Shown in pieces: positions 27,650 through 38,900 of a DNA stretch of 64,000 nucleotides. The DNA comes from Patescibacteria group bacterium. Lineage in GTDB: Bacteria > Patescibacteriota > Minisyncoccia > CAIUEV01 > JAHKAQ01. Position numbers and translations under genes: made by a program. The notes under the pieces were generated by a model, which worked only from the letters and a program-made list of their open reading frames with translations, searched no databases and was not told where the DNA came from. How positions within the stretch are numbered: position 1 is the first letter of the stretch; every line of letters starts with the position of its first letter. The stretch spans positions 566-64,565 of the forward strand of contig JAYEHH010000037.1 in assembly GCA_034716235.1 (NCBI GenBank). Direction: 5' to 3'.

Positions 27650-29524
27650 ATGAGTTATAAAGTAAAAAATAAATTTACCATTCTTATAATTTTAGCTATC
27701 CTCGTCTTATTTGGTGCCTGTCTTCGTTTATATCGGCATGATGATTTCCTACATTTTCAATTAGATCAAGCCCGAGATGCTATGGTTATTAGCAAAGCTG
27801 TTGAAGAAGGATTGGGAGAGTTGCCCTTATTGGGCCCAAGAGCTGCTGGAACAATGTTGAGATTGGGACCAGCTTTTTACTATTTGGAGTATCTGAGCGC
27901 TAAATTATTCGGTAATTCTCCAGCCGGGATGAATGGTATTAATTTGTGGCTTTCTATTTTTTCTATCCCACTTATTTATTTGTTGTTTCGTTGGTATTTT
28001 TCTCGTCTGACCAGTGTTTCTATTACAACAATTTATACAGTGTCTTTATTTACGGTAACCTATGGACGCTTTGCCTGGAACCCCAATCCGCTCCTTTTCT
28101 TTGTTCCTAGCCTTCTTATCAGTTTGTTATTGTTAGCTAAAGGTGGGAATAAACGGACTCAAATATGGTTTATCTATCTAACTGCTATTTTATTGGCTAC
28201 TACTATTCAGCTTCATTTCTTAGCTTTTATAGTTTTCCCATTATTGATTTTTCTGTTTTTACTTTATCAAAAATTAAGAGACAAATTTTTTACCACTGCT
28301 GAAAAAATACCAAAAATTTCTCAACATTATTGGTTGCATTACTTATTGGCTGGGGTATTAATTCTAGCAATAAATACTCCTATTTTTATAAATGAATATC
28401 TAACTCAAGGAGATAATACTAAAGAATTTTTTGAAGCAGTTGTTGCTAAGACCGAAAAAAATGAAAGGTACAGCCAGCTAGAGAAATTAACCAGGAATGC
28501 GGGAAAGTATGCTCAAGGTTATTTCTTAATAGTGACTGGTGTTGAAAAAACTAAAGTTCCAGAAGTTTGGTTTACAAAGGGGAGTTGGATAATCAATACT
28601 ACTGCCGATGTTGTCTGCGATTATACTTGCAGAAAAAGACTTCCATTGATGTCGGTAGCAGTGCTTTTTTTTATGGGAGGAATAACTTTCTTTTTGAATG
28701 ATATAATAAAACTTTGGAAACGAAAGGCTAAAAAGGAGTCCGATCTAAAAAAAATCAATTTCTTGGTTTTAAATGTTTTGCTTTTTAGTATTACTTTCTT
28801 TGTTTTTTTATCATCTGCTTTTAAATTTCCGCCTAGGTTTTTACTAACAACTTTTCCAGTAGCTTTTGTTTTTTTGGGATTGTGGTTAGAAAAACTGAGT
28901 AGCGTTGTGGGTATAATAGCAAAAAAAATCAATGCTAAAATTACTAAACAGGGGATTAGTAAAATTAAAGCAGGATTGATAATCTTAATAACTTTAATGT
29001 TGGCTTACTTTAATCTAATGTTTGTTATTGAACGTTTCATTTCTCAATCAGCGGCTCATACAGAAAATTATATTAATGTTGAAAGAGACTTGGTGCTTAA
29101 GGAAGATATTCGTTTTACCTTACTCCAGCAAAATTTAATTGTTGATTGGATTTTAGAGAATTCAAACAACAACCCAATTTTTGTTTGGGCACCACCTAAA
29201 TATTACCGTCCCTTTCTTTACCATTTAAGATATCAAAGAGGTAGAAAAAATAGTCGAAGATTGCGTTGTAGTGCTCCCTGTAGCCAAGCAACATATTTTG
29301 CAATAACTCGGGCCACTGCTCCAGATGATTTTTTCGAAAAAGATGGAAAATTGTTCAAGGCCGTAATCAGCCAAAATTTTGGTACCTTTGTGGCACATAA
29401 GCTTATTCTTAAAGATGCTAGTTCAGCAGAACAGGAGCAATGTGAGCCTTTTACAGAAAAAAAAGCGGAAAGTTATGCTAGAAGATATACCTGGAAAGAA
29501 GCCTTTAACCCAGCTTCTAGATAG
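27650..29524 (+). CDS. GT-C fold glycosyltransferase, ArnT/PMT (GT39/GT83)-like
   Basis: N-terminal TM then LRLYRHDDF...LDQARDA (DE-type loop motif), multiple TM helices, C-terminal soluble domain. Confidence 0.45.
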   Translation: MSYKVKNKFTILIILAILVLFGACLRLYRHDDFLHFQLDQARDAMVISKAVEEGLGELPLLGPRAAGTMLRLGPAFYYLEYLSAKLFGNSPAGMNGINLWLSIFSIPLIYLLFRWYFSRLTSVSITTIYTVSLFTVTYGRFAWNPNPLLFFVPSLLISLLLLAKGGNKRTQIWFIYLTAILLATTIQLHFLAFIVFPLLIFLFLLYQKLRDKFFTTAEKIPKISQHYWLHYLLAGVLILAINTPIFINEYLTQGDNTKEFFEAVVAKTEKNERYSQLEKLTRNAGKYAQGYFLIVTGVEKTKVPEVWFTKGSWIINTTADVVCDYTCRKRLPLMSVAVLFFMGGITFFLNDIIKLWKRKAKKESDLKKINFLVLNVLLFSITFFVFLSSAFKFPPRFLLTTFPVAFVFLGLWLEKLSSVVGIIAKKINAKITKQGISKIKAGLIILITLMLAYFNLMFVIERFISQSAAHTENYINVERDLVLKEDIRFTLLQQNLIVDWILENSNNNPIFVWAPPKYYRPFLYHLRYQRGRKNSRRLRCSAPCSQATYFAITRATAPDDFFEKDGKLFKAVISQNFGTFVAHKLILKDASSAEQEQCEPFTEKKAESYARRYTWKEAFNPASR

Positions 29525-29601
29525 ACTTTCTTGCCAATTGGGTTTATCTTGTATAGAGTTGGAAGATTAGTAGAAACTTTAAAAACTTTAAACTACCTAC
29601 C

Positions 29602-30540
29602 ATGACCGTTAAACAAATCTATCAATTAGCTATCCAAGCAGGGATTAAAAATGATTTACGGAGTCAAAAAGTTATCAATGAACAGCTTAAACAAGCAAAA
29701 GCAAAATATCAAAAACTTGATAAAGTAAAAAAGAAATTTTTTGACAAAGAGCGTTTAACCAATCCTTTTTCGGACAGTCGAACCCATGTTGATGCCAATA
29801 AAAAATCCGTAAAGAAAGCTTTGGTTGGTATTGATATCACCAGTGGCGAAGTATTACTGGCTAAAGAATTAGGAGTGGATTTAATTATAGGCCATCATCC
29901 AGTTGGTTTAGCTTTGCATGGGTTAGACGATGTAATGCGTCTTCAAGCAGATGTTTTGGAAATGTACGGAGTTCCTATTAATGTTGCCGAAGGGGTATTG
30001 AAGGAAAGAATTTCTGAAGTAGCTAGAGGAGTTCATTCTTCCAATTCTTTCGTTTCGGTAGATGTGGCTCGTAATTTAGGGATTAGTTTTATGAATTTAC
30101 ATACTCCGGCAGATAATATGGTGGCCACTTTTATTAAAAGACGATTAGAAAAAGAAAAGCCACTTTATGTTAAGGAAATTCTAGCTTCTTTGGAAAAAAT
30201 TCCCGAATACCAAGAAGCAATGAGAAGAGGTTCTGCCCCCGCTCTTTACTCTGGCAATCCTGAGAATAGGACTGGAAAAATCGCTGTAACGGAAATAACG
30301 GGAGGGACAGAAGGATCTCCAGCTATTTATGAAAAAATGGCTAATGCTGGTATTGGAACAATTATTGCAATGCACCAATCGGAAAAACATGCTCGCAGTG
30401 CTAAAAAAGCTCATATTAATGTGGTAGTAGCTCCGCATATTGCTTCAGACTCAATCGGTATGAATTTAATCATGGATATATTAGAAAAAAAAGGTATTCA
30501 GATAATAGTTGCCGGAGGGTTTATTAGAGTAAAAAGATAA
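29602..30540 (+). CDS. NIF3/YbgI-like dinuclear-metal-centre protein
   Basis: LIIGHHPVG (compare YbgI VIVHHGYF), NLHTPADN (compare HLPLDAHPE), C-terminal IIAMHQSEKHARSAKKAHINVVVAPHIASDSIG (compare ...AGHHATE...). Confidence 0.45.
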   Translation: MTVKQIYQLAIQAGIKNDLRSQKVINEQLKQAKAKYQKLDKVKKKFFDKERLTNPFSDSRTHVDANKKSVKKALVGIDITSGEVLLAKELGVDLIIGHHPVGLALHGLDDVMRLQADVLEMYGVPINVAEGVLKERISEVARGVHSSNSFVSVDVARNLGISFMNLHTPADNMVATFIKRRLEKEKPLYVKEILASLEKIPEYQEAMRRGSAPALYSGNPENRTGKIAVTEITGGTEGSPAIYEKMANAGIGTIIAMHQSEKHARSAKKAHINVVVAPHIASDSIGMNLIMDILEKKGIQIIVAGGFIRVKR

Positions 30541-30580
30541 TAAACATTGTAGCAATTAATTATTTAGTAGGATTATTAAT

Positions 30581-31852
30581 ATGTATAAGCTAAAGAAGAC
30601 AAAAGCCGGATTAGCCATTATTACTGCTCCCGTTAAAGGAATAAAAACTGTTACAGTAATGGCTTTATTTGGCGTAGGCTCAAAATATGAGAATCGAAAA
30701 AATAGAGGAGCGGCTCATTTTGTAGAGCACATGATGTTTAAGGGCACCGATAAAAGACCTAGCCCTAAAATTATTTCTGAAGATTTAGATAAAATTGGGG
30801 GAGAGTATAATGCTTTTACAGGTAAAGAATATACTGGATACTATGTTAAAGTAGATTCTGGTCATTTGGATTTAGCTCTAGATTGGATTTCAGATATTAT
30901 TCTTAATTCTCAGTTCAACAAAAAGGAAATGGACAAAGAAAGAAGAGTAATTTTAGAAGAAATGAATATGTGCCAAGACAATCCAATGCAATATGTGGAA
31001 GATATCTATGAAACTTTAATTTATGGAGATCAGCCAGCTGGTTGGGAAATATTGGGGACTAAAGGAATTGTCAATAATATCTCCAGAGCGAAATTAGTTG
31101 CCTTTAAACAAAAAAACTATGTGCAGTCTAATTGTGTCGTTTGTTTAAGTGGCCATTTCGGTAAAAATATAGAAAAACGAGTAGAAAAATATTTTTCTAA
31201 TTTACCCACTGGTAACCCAAATACCAAGTTGAAAGTCAAAGAAGCTCAGCAAGTTTTTCGTTCTAAGATGCAATATAAAAAGACCGATCAAAGCCATTGC
31301 ATTCTAGGTTTTCGAGCGACCGATTTATTTAACAAGGAACGCTATCCTTTAAGTCTAATAGCTACTATTCTTGGGCAAGGGATGAGCTCTCGTTTATTTC
31401 TTGAGATTAGGGAAAAAAGAGGATTAGCTTATTATATCAATGCCAGCTTAGAACTTTATACCGACTCGGGTTATTTAGCGGTTCAGGCAGGATTAGATAG
31501 TTCAAGGCTGGAAGAGGCAGTAAAAGCTATCTTAGGTGAATTTCATAAAATGACTCAAGAAAAAGTAGGAACAGATGAACTTAAAAAAGCTAAAGAGTAT
31601 TTAAGGGGTAGAAGTTCAATCTCTATGGAATCTTCAAATGCTCAGGCTCTTTATTATGGAAATCAACAAATTCTTAAGAAAAAAATTGAAACTTTAGAGG
31701 AGAAGTTTAAAATATTAGAGCAAGTTACTCCAGCTGATATTTTAAGAGTAGCCAAAAAGACTTTTTCTCCCAAGGCACTTAACTTGGCAGTTATTGGTCC
31801 ACGCAGGCAAAGCCAGAAAATGAAAAAAATTCTTCAAGAGTGGTATAAGTAA
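30581..31852 (+). CDS. M16-family zinc peptidase (insulinase/PqqL-like)
   Basis: Inverted zinc-binding motif HFVEH at the N-terminus; two M16 half-domains. Confidence 0.85.
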   Translation: MYKLKKTKAGLAIITAPVKGIKTVTVMALFGVGSKYENRKNRGAAHFVEHMMFKGTDKRPSPKIISEDLDKIGGEYNAFTGKEYTGYYVKVDSGHLDLALDWISDIILNSQFNKKEMDKERRVILEEMNMCQDNPMQYVEDIYETLIYGDQPAGWEILGTKGIVNNISRAKLVAFKQKNYVQSNCVVCLSGHFGKNIEKRVEKYFSNLPTGNPNTKLKVKEAQQVFRSKMQYKKTDQSHCILGFRATDLFNKERYPLSLIATILGQGMSSRLFLEIREKRGLAYYINASLELYTDSGYLAVQAGLDSSRLEEAVKAILGEFHKMTQEKVGTDELKKAKEYLRGRSSISMESSNAQALYYGNQQILKKKIETLEEKFKILEQVTPADILRVAKKTFSPKALNLAVIGPRRQSQKMKKILQEWYK

Positions 31853-31860
31853 TCAAATCA

Positions 31861-32886
31861 ATGTCAAAAACTACTATTGATATTTCGGCAGGCACCATTT
31901 ACCGAACAATTTTTATTGTGCTGGTATTGATTTTTTTGTATTACGTAGCTGATATTCTATTACTTATTTTTATTTCTTTTATCATTGTTTCTACCCTTTC
32001 TCCTTTAGTTGATAAGCTGGAAATGAAAAAAATTCCTCGTTCTGTAAGTACAGTATGTATATATGCTGGTGCTCTTTTTGGATTTGGCTACTTGATTTCG
32101 TTAGCAGTACCGCCATTGATAAGTCAAAGCAGGGGATTGCTAGAACATCTGCCTCAATATTGGAGCAATATTACTGCTAGTTCTTGGGCTAGACATCTTT
32201 TTAATATTAACGAGGCGACTGATGTTTCCGATAGCCAAATATTTCAAATGATTGGAGAAAAGTTATCTTTCTCGCAAGGTTTTTTTTCTAAAGCAGGCTC
32301 TTTATTGATTCGTTTTGTTTATTTTGCAGTTATTTTTTCCTTGTCTTTCTACATGACAATCCAGAAAGATGCTTTGAAAAAGGGGATTAAAATGTTAGTG
32401 CCCCAAAAACATAAACGCTATGCAGTTTATTTAGCTGATAGAATTCAGGAGAAAATGGGACGCTGGTTGCAGGGGCAACTAATATTGAATGTCATTGTAG
32501 GCGGTTTGGTTTATTTAGCACTTTTCTTATTGGGAGTTCCCTATGCCTTAGTCTTAGCTTTAGTGGCTGGATTTTTAGAGTTTATTCCCAATATTGGTCC
32601 TATCATTGCAACTATTTTTGCAGCCGTAGTGGCTTTGACGGTTAGCCCTTTAGTGGCTATTCTAACAGTAGCTGTTTTTATAGTTATCCAACAGCTAGAG
32701 AATCATTTTATTGTTCCCCTGGTGATGAAAAAGGCGGTAGGGTTGAATCCGGTGGTAGTTATTGCGGTTATCTTAATAGGTTTTAAGCTAGGAGGACCAC
32801 TGGGAGCGTTAATGGCAGTTCCAATTACTACAGCCTTATCAGTTTTCATCAAAGACTTGCTTGATAGAGGTGGCAATAACGCCTAA
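31861..32886 (+). CDS. AI-2E family transporter (PerM/UPF0118)
   Basis: 341 aa with 8 TM helices and typical AI-2E topology and N-terminus. Confidence 0.75.
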   Translation: MSKTTIDISAGTIYRTIFIVLVLIFLYYVADILLLIFISFIIVSTLSPLVDKLEMKKIPRSVSTVCIYAGALFGFGYLISLAVPPLISQSRGLLEHLPQYWSNITASSWARHLFNINEATDVSDSQIFQMIGEKLSFSQGFFSKAGSLLIRFVYFAVIFSLSFYMTIQKDALKKGIKMLVPQKHKRYAVYLADRIQEKMGRWLQGQLILNVIVGGLVYLALFLLGVPYALVLALVAGFLEFIPNIGPIIATIFAAVVALTVSPLVAILTVAVFIVIQQLENHFIVPLVMKKAVGLNPVVVIAVILIGFKLGGPLGALMAVPITTALSVFIKDLLDRGGNNA

Positions 32887-32906
32887 CTATTTTATAATTA
32901 TTTTTT

Positions 32907-34331
32907 ATGAAATATTTTATCACTACTCCAATTTTTTATGCTAACGCTGAGCCGCATATTGCACATGCTTATACGGCAGTTATTGCTGATGTGTTGGCTC
33001 GTTTTCATCGTCAGCAAAAAGATGATGTCTTTTTTCTGGCTGGAATGGATGAACACGGAAATAAAGTTTTTAAAAAAGCAGAAGAAGCTGGCAAAACGCC
33101 TCAAGATTTCTGTGATGAAATTGCCGAAAAATTTGAGCAAACTTGGAAGAATTTAGACATTAGCTATGATAAATTTATTCGAACCACCAGCGAGGAGCAT
33201 AAAAAGGGAGCTCAGTTTATTTTGAATAAATTATATGCCAAAAAAGATATTTACCAAAAAGATTACACGGGTCTTTACTGTGAAGGTTGTGAGAAGTTTA
33301 TTACCAAGAAAGAGTTAGTTAACGGAGAATGTCCAGATCACAAGAAAAAGCCAATAGTAGTTAAAGAAAAGAATTATTTTTTCAAATTAGCAAGTTATTT
33401 ACCGGAGATAAAAAGAAAAATAGAGACTGGAGAATTATTAATAAAGCCCGAAAAGAGAAAGAACGAAGTGTTAAAGATGCTTGAACAAAAGCAGGAAGAT
33501 ATTTCAGTTTCTCGAGAATCTGTAAAATGGGGGATTGATGTGCCTTTTGATAAAAAACAAACAATTTATGTTTGGGTAGAGGCTTTAACTAACTACATTA
33601 CAGCTTTGGGCTATGGCGAGAAAGGGGAAAAAGCAGAACTTTTCCAAAGATATTGGCCCGCGGATCTTCATTTAGTTGGTAAAGATATTATTAAATTTCA
33701 TACTATTCACTGGCCGGCCATGCTTTTGGCGCTAGGTCTTCCTCTGCCAAAACAAATTTATGCCCATGGTTTTATTACTGTTTCTGGAGAAAAAATGAGT
33801 AAGACCATTGGTAATGTTATAAGCCCTAACGACTTGGTGAAAAGGTGGGGTAGTGATGCTGTGCGTTATTTACTCCTGTCTCAATTTCCGCTAGGAGAAG
33901 ACGGAGATGTTTCTTTGAAGAAAATGCAAGCTCGGTATGAAGCTGATTTGGCCAATGATTTAGGAAATTTACTTCAGCGAACCTTGGTGATGATGAAAAA
34001 ATATGAGGTTGAACCAGCCGTTGATAACCCTGCTGATACTTTTGATTTTAATGAAAATAAATTTACAGAACATTTAAATAAACTTGAAATTACTGAAGCT
34101 CTGGCAATGATTAGGCAGATTATTACCGATGGGAATAAATATATTGAAGAGAAAAAACCATGGGAATTGGCTAAAGATAATCTAAAAGAATGCCGACGAA
34201 TTTTAGAGGATTTACATTTTCGCTTAAAATTGGTGGGTTCTTTAATTCAGCCTTTTATGCCTAGGGTTTCTCAAGAAATGTTAAAGCAACTAAAAACAAT
34301 GGATCCAGAGCCGATGTTCAAGAAGGGCTAG
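32907..34331 (+). CDS. metG: Methionyl-tRNA synthetase (short form)
   Basis: HIGH-class motif PHIAHAYT; KMSKT (KMSKS); CxxC...CP zinc knuckle CEGCEKF...GECPDH. Confidence 0.95.
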   Translation: MKYFITTPIFYANAEPHIAHAYTAVIADVLARFHRQQKDDVFFLAGMDEHGNKVFKKAEEAGKTPQDFCDEIAEKFEQTWKNLDISYDKFIRTTSEEHKKGAQFILNKLYAKKDIYQKDYTGLYCEGCEKFITKKELVNGECPDHKKKPIVVKEKNYFFKLASYLPEIKRKIETGELLIKPEKRKNEVLKMLEQKQEDISVSRESVKWGIDVPFDKKQTIYVWVEALTNYITALGYGEKGEKAELFQRYWPADLHLVGKDIIKFHTIHWPAMLLALGLPLPKQIYAHGFITVSGEKMSKTIGNVISPNDLVKRWGSDAVRYLLLSQFPLGEDGDVSLKKMQARYEADLANDLGNLLQRTLVMMKKYEVEPAVDNPADTFDFNENKFTEHLNKLEITEALAMIRQIITDGNKYIEEKKPWELAKDNLKECRRILEDLHFRLKLVGSLIQPFMPRVSQEMLKQLKTMDPEPMFKKG

Positions 34332-34332
34332 G

Positions 34333-34477
34333 AGTTTGTAAAGTTTAGGTAATGGATAATGGACGATGGAGAATTGACAATTGATAATGAATAATGCCAG
34401 CCTCTGGCTGGCGATTCCTTACCAAATTAGTTTCTCCTAAATTTGCTCGGGACCCCCGCCTACGCGGGGGTGACAAG
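34333..34477. repeat. Composite repeat (GGATAAT heptamers, module B-like AATGCCAGCCTCTGGCTGGC, module A half AAATTTGCTCGGGACCCCCGC...GCGGGGGTGAC)
   Basis: Same module order as 3093-3272. Confidence 0.65.
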
Positions 34478-34497
34478 TCACTTTTTAACTTATATTT

Positions 34498-35352
34498 ATG
34501 TCGTCTCCTAAAATTATTGATTCCCATGCTCATTTGAATTTTTCCGACTTTGATACAGATCGGGATGCTATTTTAGACGATACTTTAGATTCAGGAACAT
34601 GGGTCATAAATGTAGGATCTAATTTTGAAACCAGTAGAAAAGCGGTTGAAATCGCTCAACGGTATTCTCAAGGGGTTTATGCAGCGGTGGGGATTCATCC
34701 CATTCATGTTTTGGACGAAGGATCTAGTAGAGAGGCGATATTAGACTTGATCCAGAATAATGAAAATGTAGTAGCTATTGGAGAAATCGGGCTGGATTAT
34801 TTTCATCTAGAAAGCGAGAAAGGAAAATTAAAGGCGAATGAAGAAGATGCTCAATTTGTAGCAGTAGTCAAGAAAAAACAACAGACATTGCTTGCTCAAC
34901 AGCTGGAATTAGTAAGGGCTGTAAATTTACCGGTTATTTTTCATTGTCGCCATTATAAAAACTACGATGCTCATTATGATATGCTGAAAGTTATAGAGAA
35001 GTTTGCCACTTTGTATCAAAATTTTAAATTGCAAGGGGTGGTACATTGTTACACGGGCAATCTACAGTTAGCTGAAATTTATTTAAGGTTGGGGCTTTAT
35101 CTTGGCTTTACTGGAGTGATTACTTTTTCTGATGATTATAATGAGATTATCAAAAAAACTCCCCTAGAAAGAATCCTTATTGAAACTGATTCTCCCTATT
35201 TATCTCCTGAGCCAAAAAGAGGAAAAAGAAATGTACCCGAAAATGTTAAATATGTTGCTGAGAAAATTGCTAAAATAAAAGGGATTAAAGTCTCTGAAGT
35301 AAGGAGCCAAACAGTGAAAAATACAAAGGAACTGTTTGGGCTAGGTAATTGA
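34498..35352 (+). CDS. tatD: TatD-family metal-dependent DNase/hydrolase
   Basis: IIDSHAHLNFSDF N-terminal motif; 284 aa with an insertion. Confidence 0.88.
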   Translation: MSSPKIIDSHAHLNFSDFDTDRDAILDDTLDSGTWVINVGSNFETSRKAVEIAQRYSQGVYAAVGIHPIHVLDEGSSREAILDLIQNNENVVAIGEIGLDYFHLESEKGKLKANEEDAQFVAVVKKKQQTLLAQQLELVRAVNLPVIFHCRHYKNYDAHYDMLKVIEKFATLYQNFKLQGVVHCYTGNLQLAEIYLRLGLYLGFTGVITFSDDYNEIIKKTPLERILIETDSPYLSPEPKRGKRNVPENVKYVAEKIAKIKGIKVSEVRSQTVKNTKELFGLGN

Positions 35353-35745
35353 CAATGGACAATTGACAATGGAGAATGCCAGCCAGAGGGTGACAATCTT
35401 TTTCCCACTGTCATTCCCGTCCCGTCATCCCAGCATTCGCGGGACAGGTCCGACGGGATAAATTCCAGCCCGCCTAAGCTCGCTAACTAATGTACCCATT
35501 ACAGTTTTGTGACACGGCGAGGCAAGCGGGAATCCCGAGCAAATTTAGGAAAGGCTAACACAACTTGTCATTCCCGCCTGCGCGGGAATGACAAATAAAA
35601 TTGTGAAGCGGGGGTGACAGTGGAGAAGCATTCCATAATTGTAAATTGCCAGCCAAAGGCTCGCATGGACACGGCGAGACTGGCTGGTTTGTCTCGCCGA
35701 AGGCTGGTCACCCTCTGGGTGAAAAATTATTTTCCCTTGTCCCCA
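35349..35745. repeat. Large composite repeat block (heptamers, module B, module C CCCGTC..CGCGGGACAGG..GACGGG, module D, module A, module B) upstream of tRNA-Leu; inverted partner at 44827-44990
   Basis: 35399-35545 is ~92% identical to the reverse complement of 44827-44986, including the unique segment gctaactaatgtacccattacagttttgtgacacggcgaggcaagcggg. Confidence 0.75.
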
Positions 35746-35819
35746 TACTTAAGAAATGATACGTTTATTGATAGAAAGCATGCTAATGGTCAGAGGTTAA
35801 TAGTTAGTAGTTGCGAAGC

Positions 35820-35903
35820 GCCGCGGTGGCGGAACTGGTAGACGCGCCAGCTTTAGGAGCTGGTGAGATTTATCTTGTGGGAGTTCAAATCTCCCCCGCG
35901 GCA
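35820..35903 (+). tRNA. tRNA-Leu (anticodon TAG), class II with long variable arm
   Basis: Acceptor GCCGCGG/CCGCGGC, D-arm GCGGAACTGGTAGACGC, anticodon stem CCAGC/GCTGG with loop TTTAGGA (TAG), variable arm TGAGATTTATCTTGT, T-arm GGGAG-TTCAAAT-CTCCC, discriminator A; CCA not encoded. Confidence 0.8.
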
Positions 35904-35907
35904 CCCT

Positions 35908-38900
35908 ATGTCTATTTTCAAAACTCACTATAAAAAACTAAATACTGGTCAGAAAAAAGCCGTTGACTCTCTTGAGGGACCAGTAATGGTAGCCGCTGGT
36001 CCTGGAACCGGTAAAACGGAAGTTTTAGCTTTGCGAATTGTTAATCTTATTCGGCAGAAAAAAGCCAACCCAGAAGAAATTTTAGCGCTTACTTTTAGTA
36101 ATAGCGCTACGGTTTCTATGCGGAGGAGAGTAACGAAATTTTTAGGAGCTCAAGCTTATAATATTGGTATTAAAACTTTCCATAGTTTTTGTAATGATGT
36201 TATTAGTCAATATCCGGACAAATTTGTACTTCTTAAAGAATTGAGCCAGTTAAATGAATTGGAATCAATAAAAATTATTAAAACTATTTTACGCAGAGGA
36301 AAATTTAAACAGTTGAAACCTTTTTACAGCCCCTACTGCCACCAAAAAGAAATTATTAGTACCATAAGTCAGCTTAAACAGGAAGGGGTTTCACCAAAAG
36401 AATTGGAGAGTGCTCTAGAAACAATGGCTCAAGATTTAGAGGACACTAAAAAGATTAATCCTAGAACAGGCAAGCCTACCGGTAAATGGCAAACTCAATA
36501 CAAGCAATGGGAAAAATTAAATGATTTGTTAAAAATTTATCAAGAATATTTAGAGAAAACTCATCGGGAGGGTTGGTATGATTTTAGCGATATGATTACC
36601 TGGGTGACGGAGAAATTAAAAGAAGACCAGGAATTAAGAAATTATTATCGTGATCAGTTCAAATATATTTTGAGTGACGAATATCAGGATACGAATATCC
36701 CCCAAAGTGAAGTTATTGAAATTTTAGGCAAACCTCAAAAAAATCCTAATATTTTTATAGTAGGAGATGATGACCAGTCAATTTATCGTTTTCAAGGGGC
36801 TAGCCTGGATAATATTATTTCTTTTGAGAAAAAATATCCGACAGCCAAAATTATTCCTCTTAATATCAATTACCGTTCTCAACAAAAAGTGGTATCTCTC
36901 TCCAAGACTTTGATTGAAAAAAATGAAGAGAGGTTAGTGAATGTTACTCAGCAGGCTATTGATAAAAATATTCAATCATTTGCCGAGAAAGAGCAAGGGG
37001 GTCAAGTTTCGCTAGCCGAATTTTCCGAATCAGCGGTGGAAGATTATTTTATTGCTCAAAAAATTAAAGAATTGCATAAAAAGGGGATTCCTTTTAAGGA
37101 GATGGCTATTATTAACAGAACTAATCAAGATGTTTCTCAAATAGCCGATTATCTTATTAAGGCGGGTATCCCGGTAGAAATGTCTAGCACCGGCTCTATT
37201 CTTGATAAAAAAGAAACTAAGGAGATTATGAGCCTGTTAGCGGTAGCCGTTACTCCCCATAGTAACGCTATTATTTATGAGGCTATGAGTTTGGAGGTTT
37301 GGGAAATTGAACCGCGAGATTTTCTAGAATTTACCTATCAAGCCGGTAAAGAGAAAATTAACTACTTTGATTTTTTCAACCGATTAGAAAGTGAGTCAGA
37401 GAAAAAATCACTAGAAAATACAACTAAATGGCAAGACTTTAAAAAGATTAAATTTTTCTTTGAGACGGTTGCTCGTTGGCATCAGGAAAGTGTATCTACG
37501 CCGGCGATTTTAATGTTAGAAAAAGTTATCAATGATTCGGGGCTCATTAAAAGTTGTCTAGAAAAAAAAGATATTAGAAAACTTAATCGAATATTCTCGC
37601 TATTTTCTTTTGTGAAAGAAAATAATCGTAAGAATCCTTTTTTAAAGTTAAAGAGCGTAATAAATGATTTAGAAATAATGCGGGAAGACAGATTAACCAT
37701 TAAAGAAAAGGAGCTTTCTATGGCAGAGGATGATGTGCGAGTTATCACAGCTCACGCCGCTAAAGGTTTAGAATTTGAAGTAGTCTTTATTCCTCGGCTG
37801 TATCAAGGTAACTGGGACGGAAAAAGAAAAAACCAAGTTATCAAAATTCCTTGGAATCTTTTAACTAGACTCAAAAGAGAAGAAAACGAATCGGCAAAAA
37901 GTGATGATGAAAGAAGACTGTTTTTTGTAGCTCTTACCCGGGCTAAAAGTCAGCTATTTTTAAGCCGAGCCGATCGTTACGATTATTTGAATAGTTCTGG
38001 GGAGAAAACTCCTTCTAGGTTTCTAGCAGAAATTGACAGCCAGTTAGTAAAAAAGTGTTCTCCTGAAAAATACGAGGATGCGACCTTAGCAAGAATGAAA
38101 ATTGAACTTAAAAAAACACCAATTGTCAAAAAGGGGAATCGGTTAAAACAGGAAACCAGTTTCTTGCGTCAAAGAGTGGAGGACTTAGCTCTGAGTCCTA
38201 CCAGTTTAAACCTTTATCTAAATTGTCCTCGTCGGTATAAATACGAGAAATTATTGATGATTCCTAGCGCTAAAAATAAAGCGGCTTCTTTGGGAACGGC
38301 TATTCATGAGGCACTAGAGAAGTTTTTTCAAGATTTCCAAAAAGATAAAAAGGTCAATCAGGCTTCTTTGATTTCCTTTTTTAGAGAGGCTGTAGCAAAG
38401 GAAGTTTTGGCTAAAAGTGATTTGGAAGATATGCTTAGGGAGGGAGAAAGACTCTTGAATGATTATTATGCAGAATACAGTCAAGATTTTGTAAAACCGG
38501 TAGAGCTAGAAATGAGTTTCGGTAAGGTTTATTTATCGGGGGCATCAGCAACCAACAAGAAAAATGAGAAGGCGGTTTTATTGACCGGTAAAATAGATAA
38601 AATTGAAAAAATTAGCCAACAGGAAAAAACTGAAAAAGGCAAAATTCCGGTCAAAGTTATTGATTACAAAACAGGAATGCCTCAAACTAAAAATCAGATT
38701 TTAGGTAATACAAAAAACTCATCTGGAGATGTTTACCGACAAATGGTTTTCTATAAGCTACTCTCTCTTTTAGATAAAAAATTTCCTTATTCAGTGACAG
38801 AAGTTGAAGTTGATTTTATTAAATCTCAAAATGGACGCTTCAGAAGAGAAAGTTTTGAAATAACTAAAGAAGAAACAGATAAATTACAAAAACAAATTAA

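Noticed and set aside
35614-35841. 75-aa ORF overlapping the composite repeat and the 5' half of tRNA-Leu
   Set aside because: Encoded entirely by repeat modules and tRNA sequence. Likewise 39009-39197 (+) and 737-919 (-) are repeat or hairpin-encoded.
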